Shown here: positions 1 through 9,807 of the stretch, piece by piece
Layout: each line of letters starts with the position of its first letter
Numbering within the stretch: position 1 is the stretch's first letter
Origin: an uncultured Flavobacteriaceae bacterium
GTDB taxonomy: Bacteria > Bacteroidota > Bacteroidia > Flavobacteriales > Flavobacteriaceae
Length of the DNA stretch: 32,000 bases
Assembly: GCA_964489245.1 (NCBI GenBank)
Contig: CAZAXU010000013.1
Span: forward strand, 13,790 to 45,789
Reading direction: 5' to 3'
The notes under the pieces: model-generated
What the model saw: only the letters and a program-made list of their open reading frames with translations
Databases searched by the model: none
Told to the model about the DNA's origin: nothing
Position numbers and translations under genes: made by a program

Positions 1-140
1 ACAGAATTCCGGCCTTGTATGCCGGTGTTGGCTATCGTTCCGGAAATTTTGCTGCGGGTCTGAAATATGATTTTTTGCATGAAGACGGAAAAAGTGTCTA
101 TGAGAATGCATTGATTCCGTATATCAGGTTTTATTTCTAA
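1..140 (+). CDS. 3' end of an outer-membrane beta-barrel-like protein (partial; start lies outside the window)
   Basis: The frame starting at nt 3 reads ...ALYAGVGYRSGNFAAGLKYDFLHEDGKSVYENALIPYIRFYF, then TAA at 138-140. The alternating aromatic/hydrophobic pattern and the terminal Phe are typical of the last strands of OM barrels. It is missing from the ORF track because it has no start codon in the window. Confidence 0.45.
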   Translation, partial: RIPALYAGVGYRSGNFAAGLKYDFLHEDGKSVYENALIPYIRFYF

Positions 141-142
141 GC

Positions 143-1357
143 ATGCAAAAGTTTTTGTTCATATCTGTTGGTTTGTTCTTGGGGTTGCAAGTTTCAGCAC
201 AATCTTATCGTTTGCTTTCAGGAGATAGAGAAGTGGATAGTTTGCAACAAAAAACCATTTATTTTTCTTTTGATGATCTTAGTTTTTTCAAGGATAATGA
301 ATATTTTAATTTGATTGCAGACGGATATACACTTTTGGGGAACAAGCTTGAGATAAATATTAAATATAAACCTCAAGATGCTTATTGTATCAAACTTGGA
401 GTGACCGCCGTAAAATATCATGGCATGAGCAGTTTTCACAGAATATCTCCCGATATTTCGCTTGAGATTTATAATGGAAATCATACTTTTATTTTTGGAG
501 ATTTGCGTTCGGATGATAATCACAGATTTTTCAATCAATTCTATGCTTTTGAGCGCTTGCTCAATGAAAGAAATCAAGAAACCGGTCTGGAACATCGATA
601 TATCAATGAAAATTGGTTTGTAGATACTTGGTTGGACTGGGAAAAGTTTATTTTTAAATCTGATGATAGAAGAGAAAGGTTGAATTTTGGCAATTCCACT
701 AATTTTTCTTTGAAATTAACCGATGCGATTTATTTAAAATTTCCGTTTCAGCTTTTTTTGCAACATCGAGGCGGACAAATCAATCTCAGAAGTCATTCTC
801 TAGATGGCTTGAACACATCGATGGTTATTTTGAATGCAGGTTTTGGGAGCAAGATGTTTTATGTGTTCAATAAACATCATAAGATGTATGTATCTTATGC
901 CCGCCTGCTCAGTGCAATTAATACTGAAAACACCGAAGAACTAATTTTTAAAAAGGGGAGTGCAAACTTGTTTTCATTGGGCTGTGTTTTTGATCATTGG
1001 AATATGGATGTGTCTTATTGGCACGGAAGAAAATTTATTTCTCCGAAAGGAGATGATATGTTTCAGAGTGTGAGTAGGCGTGTAGATAGATATTTCTTTG
1101 ATGATGGAACGCAGGGAGATGTATATAGCTCACATGCAGAACCCGACAGGACACTGATTTTCGGCTCGGTTTCTTATCAAAACAAGTTGTTTAAAGGTTT
1201 GAGTATTGGAGGAGAATTGGATGTTTATTATCAAGATTATCGTTCTGAAATCAATCATTTTTTACACGAAGTGGTGGTGAGCAATCAAATAGACTACAGC
1301 ATCGGGATATTTCTAAAATATAGATTCAATACACCGCTTTATAGAATAAAATCTTAG
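143..1357 (+). CDS. Secreted, probable outer-membrane protein of unknown function (404 aa)
   Basis: Long ORF starting 2 nt after the previous stop. The N-terminal signal peptide is MQKFLFISVGLFLGLQVSAQ. The protein is rich in Tyr/Phe/Asn/Asp with alternating patterns that suggest beta strands. I do not recognise a specific family. Confidence 0.7.
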   Translation: MQKFLFISVGLFLGLQVSAQSYRLLSGDREVDSLQQKTIYFSFDDLSFFKDNEYFNLIADGYTLLGNKLEINIKYKPQDAYCIKLGVTAVKYHGMSSFHRISPDISLEIYNGNHTFIFGDLRSDDNHRFFNQFYAFERLLNERNQETGLEHRYINENWFVDTWLDWEKFIFKSDDRRERLNFGNSTNFSLKLTDAIYLKFPFQLFLQHRGGQINLRSHSLDGLNTSMVILNAGFGSKMFYVFNKHHKMYVSYARLLSAINTENTEELIFKKGSANLFSLGCVFDHWNMDVSYWHGRKFISPKGDDMFQSVSRRVDRYFFDDGTQGDVYSSHAEPDRTLIFGSVSYQNKLFKGLSIGGELDVYYQDYRSEINHFLHEVVVSNQIDYSIGIFLKYRFNTPLYRIKS

Positions 1358-1360
1358 GAT

Positions 1361-2152
1361 TTACAGCTCGTGTTCTTCCAAAAATTTCTTTATTGCGACA
1401 GGCATTTCTTTCTGATTTTCAATATAGCTCATGTGTCCTTCGCTGATTTCAATATATGCAACATTTTCACATTGTGTTGATGCCGCTCTGATTTTTTCCA
1501 ATTCAATTAAAGGATCTTTGATTCCGATGATCCAAAGTTTTGGAAAATCGTTACCCTTGCAAAAAAGTTCACTATGATCTTCCCGAAGTTTCATGCCTCT
1601 GATGGCGGCAGTGATATTTTGTGCTTGCATTTTTGTTGCATCTTCGAGTAGTTTTTTAATTTTTTCTTTATATCTGGATCGGTTATCCGGAGCAAAAAAA
1701 CTGGGGATTGCCGCTTTTACATAGGCAATATGGTTGTTTCTAACGGATTTTATGGCTCTTTCTCTGGCTTGCCTTTTTTCGTCGTCGTCTGAAAACGGAT
1801 GAGAATTCAGCAATCCTAAGGCAGTAATTTTTTCAGGAAAAAGTTTGGCAAAAGCCAAACTGATATATCCTCCCATGCTGTGCCCGATAATTGTAGCTTT
1901 CAGCACTTGTTCTTTTTCCAGAAAATTATTGATTACTTTGGCTTGTTGCTCCATTGTGTGTATGTCGCAAAGCCCGTCGCTTTCTCCATGTCCCAGTAAA
2001 TCAATGGTATATACCGTGTGGTTTGTTGCAATGGCATCTGTAACAACTTTCCACATTTTTTTGTTTTCCAGAAATCCGTGTATTAGAACAACAGGTTTTC
2101 CTTTGCCGATTTTTTGATAACTGATTTGAGTGGTCTGGTAGGTATATTTCAT
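1361..2152 (-). CDS. Alpha/beta-fold hydrolase
   Basis: 263 aa. HGFLEN oxyanion region, nucleophile elbow GHSMGG, and a C-terminal His in EGHM. Confidence 0.85.
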   Translation of the reverse strand: MKYTYQTTQISYQKIGKGKPVVLIHGFLENKKMWKVVTDAIATNHTVYTIDLLGHGESDGLCDIHTMEQQAKVINNFLEKEQVLKATIIGHSMGGYISLAFAKLFPEKITALGLLNSHPFSDDDEKRQARERAIKSVRNNHIAYVKAAIPSFFAPDNRSRYKEKIKKLLEDATKMQAQNITAAIRGMKLREDHSELFCKGNDFPKLWIIGIKDPLIELEKIRAASTQCENVAYIEISEGHMSYIENQKEMPVAIKKFLEEHEL

Positions 2153-2165
2153 GGCTGTGGTTGGA

Positions 2166-3440
2166 TTAGTTTTCTTTGCTCAAAACTTGAAGCATAACTT
2201 TCTGAATTTGTTTTTGGTTGGCTTTGTTAATTTTGATATGAAAATGATCAATATCGAATTCCTCTCCTTCCTCCGGAATTTCACCTATTTTAGATAGAAT
2301 ATAGCCTCCTAAAGTCTCATAACTATCGTCTTCAGGGATATTGAAATTATAGTTTTTGTTTAAATCATAGATTTCAAACCTACTGGAGAAGATATAAGTA
2401 TTTTGATCAATTTGCTTTTCAAAAAGTTCATTTTTATCGTGTTCATCTTCAATTTCTCCGAATATTTCTTCAATAATATCTTCCAACGTGATAATTCCTG
2501 ATGTGCCGCCATATTCGTCCAAAATAATGGCAATACTCTTCTTTTTCTTGGTCATTTCTTTCATTAGATCATGAATTGACACAGTCTCGGGGGCAAATTC
2601 CACAGGTCTGATGATTCGTTTGATATTTTTTGGGTTTTTAAATAAATCAAATGAATGAACATAACCGATTATATTGTCGATATTTTCGTCATAAATGATA
2701 ATTTTTGATAGTCCGGTTTCAATAAATTTGGTTTTAAGCTCCTCAATGTTTGTGTCATCTTCCAAGGCAATGATTTCTGTGCGGGGCACCATTACTTCTC
2801 TGGCTCTGACATCGGCAAAGTCCAGAGCATTATGTAAAATTTCCAATTCAGAATCTGTTTCTTCTTCTGTTTTTTCTGCTTCTTGGATTTGTTGTCCGAT
2901 GAATTTGCTCAATTCTGTTTTAGTTAGAAATTGTTGTACATCATCATTTGACGTTTTAAAAATGGATTTCAAAATAAAGTTTGATATTTTCATCGTAATC
3001 CATGAGATTGGCCAAAAAATAATGAAAATGATATATGCCGGCAAAGCAAACAGTCGTAGGAGTTTATTTGAATATAACTGAAATATCACTTTTGGAAGAA
3101 ATTCTGCCGTGAACAAAATGACCAAGGTAGAGATTAGTGTTTTGATAAAGAGCTCACCAAGCCCGTTTATGTTTGGAAAATATCTGCCGAGATAAGACGA
3201 AATCAGCGATCCCATAAAAAAACCGTAGATAACCAAAGCAACATTATTGCCCACTAACATTGTTGTGATAAAATTAGATGGTTTGTCTGTTAGTTTTCGG
3301 AGTATTTTTGCCAGATTTCCATCTTCGTTTTTATCGAGTTCCAGTTTGACTTTGTTTGCACTGACAAATGCGATTTCCATTCCTGAAAAAAAGGCTGACA
3401 GTAACAAAAAAATAATGATAATAAGTATTTCGGATTCCAT
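2166..3440 (-). CDS. gldE: CNNM/DUF21 + tandem CBS + CorC_HlyC 'hemolysin-family' membrane protein; GldE-type in Flavobacteriia
   Basis: 424 aa. The N-terminus has about four TM helices, followed by a CBS-pair region (VMVPRTEI...) and a CorC/HlyC-like C-terminus (GGYILSKIGEIPEEGE). This architecture matches gliding-associated GldE. The symbol rests on architecture and taxon only. Confidence 0.75.
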   Translation of the reverse strand: MESEILIIIIFLLLSAFFSGMEIAFVSANKVKLELDKNEDGNLAKILRKLTDKPSNFITTMLVGNNVALVIYGFFMGSLISSYLGRYFPNINGLGELFIKTLISTLVILFTAEFLPKVIFQLYSNKLLRLFALPAYIIFIIFWPISWITMKISNFILKSIFKTSNDDVQQFLTKTELSKFIGQQIQEAEKTEEETDSELEILHNALDFADVRAREVMVPRTEIIALEDDTNIEELKTKFIETGLSKIIIYDENIDNIIGYVHSFDLFKNPKNIKRIIRPVEFAPETVSIHDLMKEMTKKKKSIAIILDEYGGTSGIITLEDIIEEIFGEIEDEHDKNELFEKQIDQNTYIFSSRFEIYDLNKNYNFNIPEDDSYETLGGYILSKIGEIPEEGEEFDIDHFHIKINKANQKQIQKVMLQVLSKEN

Positions 3441-3461
3441 TTATAAATCGAGCTATTAGTG

Positions 3462-3469
3462 CAAAGATA
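3462..3469 (-). promoter_or_regulatory. Bacteroidota -7 promoter box TATCTTTG for gldE
   Basis: The reverse strand reads TATCTTTG (consensus TAnnTTTG), 21 nt upstream of the ATG at 3440. Confidence 0.55.
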
Positions 3470-3549
3470 TGATTTTATGTGACAACATCATTTATTCGTA
3501 TATCTAAGATTTGTTGAAAGTGTTTCATGAGCCATTCGGATCTGATCAA

Positions 3550-5919
3550 TTAAAATTCATAGACTAAGAGATGCTTATTGGCATCATAGACCAATAAATA
3601 TCGGTTGCCTTTTCCATCTGTTCTAAAGTCTAAAGCGCGTTGTCCCATGACAGGAAATTTGTTTATGATTTTTGCTTTGGTGTCAAATAAATAAATTTTT
3701 TCGTTTTCTGAATTTGACAACACGACATAGATTTGTTTTCCGGTTTTTACCACTTTGGGTTTGCTGTAAGTTCCTAGATCAATATTTTTTATTTGATTGT
3801 TAATCAGAAGTTTGCCGTCTCCAAGTGCGGCTAATGTGTGGTGTTTTATCTCGGAAAAAATCTGCCCTCCCAAATTCAATTTATCCGATTTCACATTTCC
3901 TTTCAGGTCTATGGAAACAAGATTCCCTGCATTGTCAATATTGACAAATTTTTTATGATATATTCCCCAGTGGTTTTTGGAGACATTAAATTTATGCTCA
4001 ACATCAATTCTGGTTTTTCCTTTTCGGTCTAAAAGATAGAATTTTCCTTTTTTGCCTTGAACACCGATAAAGTCTTTTCCTGAAACTTTATAGTGTTGAG
4101 GTGTTTGGATAATGGTTTCTTTGATTTTAGCTTTGAAATCTTTGACTTCTTTGGCGTTGGCATCATACAGATGCAGATGTCTTTCTTGAACAATGGCAAA
4201 ACGATATTTTCGATTGTGATCATAGTCAAAAACATTCAGTCCGCGCGTAATTTCATTGTTGAAATGTTTTGGAAAAGGTTCCACATTTCTTCCCAGTCTA
4301 TCTATAACATACAGATAATGCGGTGTGGTAAATGCCAACTGGAGTTTGTGATTTTTTAAAAGGTCAACTTGATAAATTTTTCCAATAATCTTATCGTCTA
4401 ATTTGGTTTTCCAAAGTTGTTTGCCGGTCAAATTGATTAAAATGAGTTCATGATTTTCATTTTGATAGATGATTTCAAATTTTTGAGTATTGTGATTGAG
4501 TACGAATTGCGGTTTTGTAATAGGCGTATCTTTGATCTTATAAGAAAGGAATTGTTCGATGGAAATATCATTTTTTTTAGAAACTTTTTGTTCCAACAAC
4601 AGATTGGCAAAAATATTTTTTTGATCAATTTGATAGGTTCGAGCTTTGATATATTCTTTTTTCCCGATTTTGAAATGTTTGTCAATCAATAATAAATTAT
4701 AATTATCTGGCATCTGATTTTTAAGACGTTGATAAATTTGATTGTTTTTCAGAGCTGCTTTATTTTGAAAATCGTTGATAATTTTTTGAAGATATGCTTC
4801 CGTCTCGGAGAAAATCACATAGTTGTCAGATGTAAAAAAATATTTTGTTTTAATTTTTGGAAAAATGACATCAAAACTGTTGTTGATTAAGTTTTCATTT
4901 TTGAGTTTTTGGATATCTATTTTTCCATAATTTCCAATTTTGGAAAATTTGATTTGATCCAAAAAACCTTCGGCATCTTCAAAGAACAATATGCAAGCCT
5001 TATTGGAATTTTCCGTGAAATAGTTTATAGCATTTAGTCCGGAAAAGTGGCGTGGAAGATTATGCTCTCTCAAGTTTTCTTTTGATTTGGCAAACTCGTT
5101 CAGATTTTGATAGAATCCGGCAAAGTCGTCAAATGATAGGCTGATGCTTTGTGAAACGGATCCGGGGACAAACTTCAAACAATCATTTTCAACAGATTCA
5201 AGGTTTTGAAAAACGTTCAGAAAATATTTCATGCTTTCATCGGTCAGACTTACACCGGTATAGATTTCTTTTTGATATTCCGGCACGTCATAAAACTCCC
5301 ATCTGGCGAGGTCTTTGGCTTTGGGTTGCAACAAATTTTTATACAGAATATCTTTTGAATCAACTCTATTCGGATTGACAAAAATGTTGAGAGCAGCGGT
5401 GTTGTCAATCGTTCCTACACCTCTTTTGAAAATAGCGGAGATTTGCCTGTCCGGATTAGTCTGTTGTCGAATAACATTTTCAATAAACATCTGATTGTCA
5501 GACACTAACAATATGTTATCAAAACTTGTGGCATAATATTCTTTTCCGTTGAAATTTTCGCTATAGACATTTTGTTGTTCGTAAACGCTTGTTTTTCCAT
5601 TAAACAAACTATCGGTTTGTTTGATGTTATTGCCAACGGCAACGAAGCCCTTGACTTTGTCGTCTATATGAACGGCATTAATCAAGAAAGGAGGTGTGAA
5701 ATGTAGTTTCTTGATAAATTTTCGGTCTTTTGTGCCTAATATTTGATTCAGAAGTTCCGGTTTCCTTGAATTAAGAACTTCATTTTTGTTGATTTGAAAA
5801 ACATAAGATGTTTCCGTGGGAATAAAATTGTAGAGTTGTATTTTCGGTTTATGCGTTTCCGGCTTACAAGACCAAAGCAGGAGTCCGAGAAAAAGAATGT
5901 ATAATAAATTTTTTTTCAT
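3550..5919 (-). CDS. Large lipoprotein of unknown function (789 aa) with a C-terminal ~7-repeat beta-propeller-like region
   Basis: Lipoprotein signal MKKNLLYILFLGLLLWSC. The last ~300 aa contain about seven ~40-45-aa repeats of the form hhhhD..Gk (LINLTGKQLW, LYVIDRLGRNV, LHLYDANAKEV, FYLLDRKGKTR, LVSIDLKGNVK, IYLFDTKAKII, LLVYDANKHLL). Confidence 0.8.
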   Translation of the reverse strand: MKKNLLYILFLGLLLWSCKPETHKPKIQLYNFIPTETSYVFQINKNEVLNSRKPELLNQILGTKDRKFIKKLHFTPPFLINAVHIDDKVKGFVAVGNNIKQTDSLFNGKTSVYEQQNVYSENFNGKEYYATSFDNILLVSDNQMFIENVIRQQTNPDRQISAIFKRGVGTIDNTAALNIFVNPNRVDSKDILYKNLLQPKAKDLARWEFYDVPEYQKEIYTGVSLTDESMKYFLNVFQNLESVENDCLKFVPGSVSQSISLSFDDFAGFYQNLNEFAKSKENLREHNLPRHFSGLNAINYFTENSNKACILFFEDAEGFLDQIKFSKIGNYGKIDIQKLKNENLINNSFDVIFPKIKTKYFFTSDNYVIFSETEAYLQKIINDFQNKAALKNNQIYQRLKNQMPDNYNLLLIDKHFKIGKKEYIKARTYQIDQKNIFANLLLEQKVSKKNDISIEQFLSYKIKDTPITKPQFVLNHNTQKFEIIYQNENHELILINLTGKQLWKTKLDDKIIGKIYQVDLLKNHKLQLAFTTPHYLYVIDRLGRNVEPFPKHFNNEITRGLNVFDYDHNRKYRFAIVQERHLHLYDANAKEVKDFKAKIKETIIQTPQHYKVSGKDFIGVQGKKGKFYLLDRKGKTRIDVEHKFNVSKNHWGIYHKKFVNIDNAGNLVSIDLKGNVKSDKLNLGGQIFSEIKHHTLAALGDGKLLINNQIKNIDLGTYSKPKVVKTGKQIYVVLSNSENEKIYLFDTKAKIINKFPVMGQRALDFRTDGKGNRYLLVYDANKHLLVYEF

Positions 5920-5947
5920 GTGTTAGGTTTTGGGCCTGAATTTTTCT

Positions 5948-5955
5948 CAAAAATA
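5948..5955 (-). promoter_or_regulatory. -7 promoter box TATTTTTG for the 789-aa lipoprotein gene
   Basis: The reverse strand reads TATTTTTG, ~28 nt upstream of the ATG at 5919, in the 62-nt gap after the upstream gene. Confidence 0.5.
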
Positions 5956-5981
5956 ATAAATTATCCGGCAAATCAGATGCT

Positions 5982-7202
5982 TTATTTTCTGAATAGCCAT
6001 TTTTCCGGATTCAACTTAGTCATATTCTTATAAACCCTAAATTTTAATTCTGTTTTATGAGTGATATTGTCGGTTGCCACCATTCCGATTTTTTGTTTTG
6101 TTTTGACGGTTTCTCCGGGTTTGACATAAACCTTTTTCAGGTTTCCGTAGATGGTGAGATAGTCTCCGTGTTTGATATAAACCGTGCTGTTTCCGCCGGG
6201 GATTACTTGGATTTGTAATATTTTTCCTTTAAACACGGCACGAACACTTGATTTTGGTTCTGTTGATAAATAAATACCGGAATTGTTGACTTTTACATTC
6301 TTAAAAATTTCATGCCTTTGCACGCCAAACTTTCTGGAGATATAAGCTTTTTTAACGGGCCAAGGCAACATGCCTCGGTTGGATGAAAATGCACTTGCCA
6401 GTTTTTTTCCCTCGGGAGTAAGGAAAAATTTACTGGTTTTTCTTGAAGATTTTCTAACTCTTTTGTTTGATTTGGCAATTGCTTTTCGAATCAATTCTTC
6501 AATCATTTTGTCAATCTTGGCTTGTTCTCTTTGTTTTGCACGAATCTTTGAAACATAAAAAGCTTCTTTTCTTTTGATGCTATTGACAATTTTTTGTTGC
6601 TTAATCTTTTCTTTTTTGATAATATTTTGCTCGGCTTGATAGTCTTGATAAAATTTATCTTTTTCCTTTTTGTCAGTGACTAAATCTGTTTTGAGTTGTT
6701 CTAATTTTTCTTTTTTAAGCTGGATTTCCTCTCCTTGTTTTTTTCTGAAAAGTGAATATTGCTTGAGATACTGCATGCGTTTGAAAGCTTGATAAAATCC
6801 ATCAGAAGAAAATAAAAAATAGAGTTTATTGACTCTGGAGCGGCTGTTATAGCTCTGCCGAATCATATGCGCATAGTCTTTTTTCAGCGTGATTAATTCT
6901 GAAGTTAAACTTCCAATTTCTTGATTATTTTTTTTGATTTGACGTGTGATTCCGTTTATTTCTCTTCGGAGGTTTCTAATCAACTCTTGACGAATTTCTA
7001 TCTTCCGATTAAATTTGTTCAATTCAATAAGTGCGTTGCTTTCGGTTTTTTTTGTCCTTGAAAGATCTGTATTGATTTGTTCAATTTCTCGTTGGAGTTT
7101 TAGTCTTCGTTGCTCCAATTTTTTTCGAGAATTTTGTCCAAAGCCGATAGACACAAAAAGGAAAAAGACAATAGATAAAAATTTTATATTTTTTACTGAC
7201 AT
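5982..7202 (-). CDS. EnvC-like murein hydrolase activator (coiled coil + degenerate M23/LytM domain)
   Basis: Signal/TM segment, ~230 aa of K/E/Q-rich coiled coil, then a C-terminal LytM-like fold (PGETVKTKQKIGMV). The metal ligands are missing: NNSGIYL replaces HxGID, and ELKFRVYK replaces HLHFE. The track start at 7208 is TTG; the ATG at 7202 (MSVKNIKF...) is more likely. Confidence 0.8.
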   Translation of the reverse strand: MSVKNIKFLSIVFFLFVSIGFGQNSRKKLEQRRLKLQREIEQINTDLSRTKKTESNALIELNKFNRKIEIRQELIRNLRREINGITRQIKKNNQEIGSLTSELITLKKDYAHMIRQSYNSRSRVNKLYFLFSSDGFYQAFKRMQYLKQYSLFRKKQGEEIQLKKEKLEQLKTDLVTDKKEKDKFYQDYQAEQNIIKKEKIKQQKIVNSIKRKEAFYVSKIRAKQREQAKIDKMIEELIRKAIAKSNKRVRKSSRKTSKFFLTPEGKKLASAFSSNRGMLPWPVKKAYISRKFGVQRHEIFKNVKVNNSGIYLSTEPKSSVRAVFKGKILQIQVIPGGNSTVYIKHGDYLTIYGNLKKVYVKPGETVKTKQKIGMVATDNITHKTELKFRVYKNMTKLNPEKWLFRK

Positions 7203-7220
7203 ATGCAAAGCTTCGGTTTA

Positions 7221-7228
7221 CAAAAATA
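7221..7228 (-). promoter_or_regulatory. -7 promoter box TATTTTTG for the EnvC-like gene
   Basis: The reverse strand reads TATTTTTG, 18 nt upstream of the ATG at 7202, between the rnhB stop and this gene. Confidence 0.5.
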
Positions 7229-7254
7229 AACATTTCAATTGAATAACGTTTTTT

Positions 7255-7854
7255 TTATAAATCTAATTTCAATTGAATGGGAATTAATTTAAAACTTTTT
7301 CTGTGTTGCGGGCTTACGCCATGCTGAATGATAGCGGTTCTGTGTTGTTTTGTGGGGTATCCTTTGTTTTGCTTCCATCCGTATTGAGGAAATTCTGCGT
7401 CCAATTTTTGCATAAATTCGTCTCGATGTGTTTTGGCGAGAATCGAAGCGGCAGCGATACTTAAAAATTTTGCATCTCCTTTTACAAGGGTTTGAAAAGG
7501 AATATTTTTATAAGGTTTGAATTTATTTCCGTCAACAATAATAAATTCGGGTGTTTTTTTCAGTTTGTCCAGAGCTTTATGCATGGCAAGAATAGATGCC
7601 TGCAAAATATTGATTTTGTCGATTTCAGCCGGTTCAACAAAAGCTACCGCCCAACTTAATGCATCTGTTTCAATTATTTTTCTCAGTTCATTTCTTTTTT
7701 TTTCCGAGAGTTGCTTGCTGTCATTAATGTGTTTGTTGTTGTAGTTTTTTTCAAAAATAACTGCTGCGGCAACAACAGGACCGGCGAGACAACCTCTGCC
7801 TGCTTCATCGCAGCCTGCTTCATATTTTACAGAAGGATTATAAAATTTTTTCAC
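7255..7854 (-). CDS. rnhB: Ribonuclease HII
   Basis: 199 aa with [19 protein letters not shown], the RNase HII catalytic motif. GTG start overlaps the typA stop by 1 nt (TAGTG). No in-frame ATG precedes the conserved motif. Confidence 0.92.
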   Translation of the reverse strand: MKKFYNPSVKYEAGCDEAGRGCLAGPVVAAAVIFEKNYNNKHINDSKQLSEKKRNELRKIIETDALSWAVAFVEPAEIDKINILQASILAMHKALDKLKKTPEFIIVDGNKFKPYKNIPFQTLVKGDAKFLSIAAASILAKTHRDEFMQKLDAEFPQYGWKQNKGYPTKQHRTAIIQHGVSPQHRKSFKLIPIQLKLDL

Positions 7855-9629
7855 TATGCTCTAAAATTGATTTTACGCATTCGCAGACTCTTTGGAGTCA
7901 CCTCAAGATATTCGTTATCTCTGATATATTCCATTGCTTCTTCAAGAGAGAACAGAATTTTCGGGGCAATCTTCATGCTTTCATCCGTGCCGGAAGCTCT
8001 CATGTTGCTCAATTTTTTTCCTTTTGTGAGATTGGCAGTGATTTCTTTTTCTCTGGTATGTTCGCCAATAACTTGTCCGATATAGATTTCGTCTCCGGGT
8101 TCTACAAAAAATCTTCCTCGATCTTGCAACCTGTCCAAAGAATAAGCAGAAACCCGACCGGCATCCATGGAAACGATAGCGCCTTTATTTTTTTCGGGGA
8201 TATCTCCTTTGTGAATACCATATTCCCTGAATCTGTGGTTCATTACGGCATTTCCGGCAGTTGCCGTCAGAATATTGTTTCTCAATCCGATGAGACCGCG
8301 AGAAGTAATATCAAATTCCAAATGCATCACGTCTCCTTTGGGTTCCATTGCCAATAAATCGCCTTTTTTTCCGGATACCAACTCAATCACTTTTCCGGAG
8401 AATTCCTCAGGAACATCAATAACCAAAGACTCATAAGGTTCGTGTTTTTTGCCGTTTATTTCTTTAATCAATACTTGAGGTTTTCCCACTTGAAGTTCAT
8501 AGCCTTCACGGCGCATGGTTTCAATTAAAATGGATAGATGTAAAATGCCTCGTCCAAAAATATTGAATTTGTCTTCGCTGTCGGTTTGCTCCACACGAAG
8601 TGCCAAATTTTTTTCTACCTCTTTGTATAGACGATCACGAAGATGTCTTGATGTGACAAATTTTCCTTCTTTGCCAAAGAAAGGAGAATTGTTGATGGTG
8701 AACAGCATACTCATCGTAGGTTCGTCAATAGCAATACGCTCCAGAGCTTCCGGATGTTCCGTGTCGGCAATGGTATCGCCGATTTCAAATTCATCCAAGC
8801 CGACAATGGCGCAAATATCTCCACTTTGCACTTGTTCTACTTTTTCTTTTCCCAAGCCTGTAAAAACATATAACTCTTTGACTCTTGATTTTTTTTGCTC
8901 ATGTTTTCTGCTGAGTAATAAAATGTCTTCTCCTTGTTTAATTACGCCTCTAAATACACGCCCAATAGCAATTTTTCCGACAAAACTGGAAAAATCTAAA
9001 GATGTAATCTGCATTTGCAAAGGTCCTTCAAAATGTGGTGCTTTAGGAATATATTTTACAATAGCATCTAATAAAGGTTTGACGGTTCCGGTGGGGGTTG
9101 TCCAGCCTTCTTCACTCATCCAACCTTGTTTGGCAGAGCCATATATAGTGGAAAAATCCAACTGGTCTTCGGTGGCACCAAGGTTATACATCAAATCAAA
9201 AATTTGTTCTTGAACCTCGTCAGGCTTACAGTTTTCTTTATCAACTTTGTTGATGACCACGATAGGTTTCAAGCCGAGCTTAATGGCTTTTTCCAATACA
9301 AATCTTGTCTGGGGCATGGCTCCTTCAAAGGCATCTACTAACAGCAAAACGCCATCCGCCATTTTGAGCACCCTCTCCACTTCTCCACCGAAATCAGCAT
9401 GACCCGGGGTGTCGATAATATTGATTTTCACATCGTTATATTCAACAGAAACATTTTTTGACAGAATGGTGATTCCCCTTTCTCTTTCTAAATCGTTGGA
9501 ATCTAAAAGCAATTCTTTATGCTCTTTTCTTTCGTCTAAAAGCTTACTTTCTTGAATAATTTTATCAACCAAAGTAGTTTTTCCGTGGTCAACGTGTGCA
9601 ATAATGGCAATGTTCCTAATAGATTTCAT
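7854..9629 (-). CDS. typA: Translational GTPase TypA/BipA
   Basis: 591 aa. [20 protein letters not shown] (G1), [14 protein letters not shown] (G3), NKVD (G4), and EF-G-like domains throughout. Confidence 0.95.
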   Translation of the reverse strand: MKSIRNIAIIAHVDHGKTTLVDKIIQESKLLDERKEHKELLLDSNDLERERGITILSKNVSVEYNDVKINIIDTPGHADFGGEVERVLKMADGVLLLVDAFEGAMPQTRFVLEKAIKLGLKPIVVINKVDKENCKPDEVQEQIFDLMYNLGATEDQLDFSTIYGSAKQGWMSEEGWTTPTGTVKPLLDAIVKYIPKAPHFEGPLQMQITSLDFSSFVGKIAIGRVFRGVIKQGEDILLLSRKHEQKKSRVKELYVFTGLGKEKVEQVQSGDICAIVGLDEFEIGDTIADTEHPEALERIAIDEPTMSMLFTINNSPFFGKEGKFVTSRHLRDRLYKEVEKNLALRVEQTDSEDKFNIFGRGILHLSILIETMRREGYELQVGKPQVLIKEINGKKHEPYESLVIDVPEEFSGKVIELVSGKKGDLLAMEPKGDVMHLEFDITSRGLIGLRNNILTATAGNAVMNHRFREYGIHKGDIPEKNKGAIVSMDAGRVSAYSLDRLQDRGRFFVEPGDEIYIGQVIGEHTREKEITANLTKGKKLSNMRASGTDESMKIAPKILFSLEEAMEYIRDNEYLEVTPKSLRMRKINFRA

Positions 9630-9708
9630 TTTCTAAGATTTTGACTTACGGCAATGGGCAGCAAGCTTTTTTATAATGCCTAAATCGTTTTTCCGAATTT
9701 AAGCGCGG

Positions 9709-9716
9709 CAAAGGTA
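9709..9716 (-). promoter_or_regulatory. -7 promoter box TACCTTTG for typA-rnhB
   Basis: The reverse strand reads TACCTTTG, ~79 nt upstream of the typA ATG, in the divergent intergenic region. Confidence 0.5.
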
Positions 9717-9807
9717 GTGATAAAAGTTGAAAATAAAGGAAAACATAAAACTCGAATCATTTCGGATATTATTTCTTTTTCTTATTTTTACCGTAAAATA
9801 AATTCAA

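Noticed and set aside
8515-9213. 232-aa plus-strand ORF inside typA, and similar antisense or overlapping ORFs in the track (for example 218-595, 2695-3081, 12330-12758, 14146-14656, 19349-19687, 27366-27923, 30852-31226).
   Set aside because: All are embedded opposite or out of frame within genes that have unmistakable conserved motifs. Their translations are Ser/Cys/Phe/Leu/Ile-rich low complexity with no motifs and no promoter boxes. They are shadow ORFs, as expected in AT-rich DNA.
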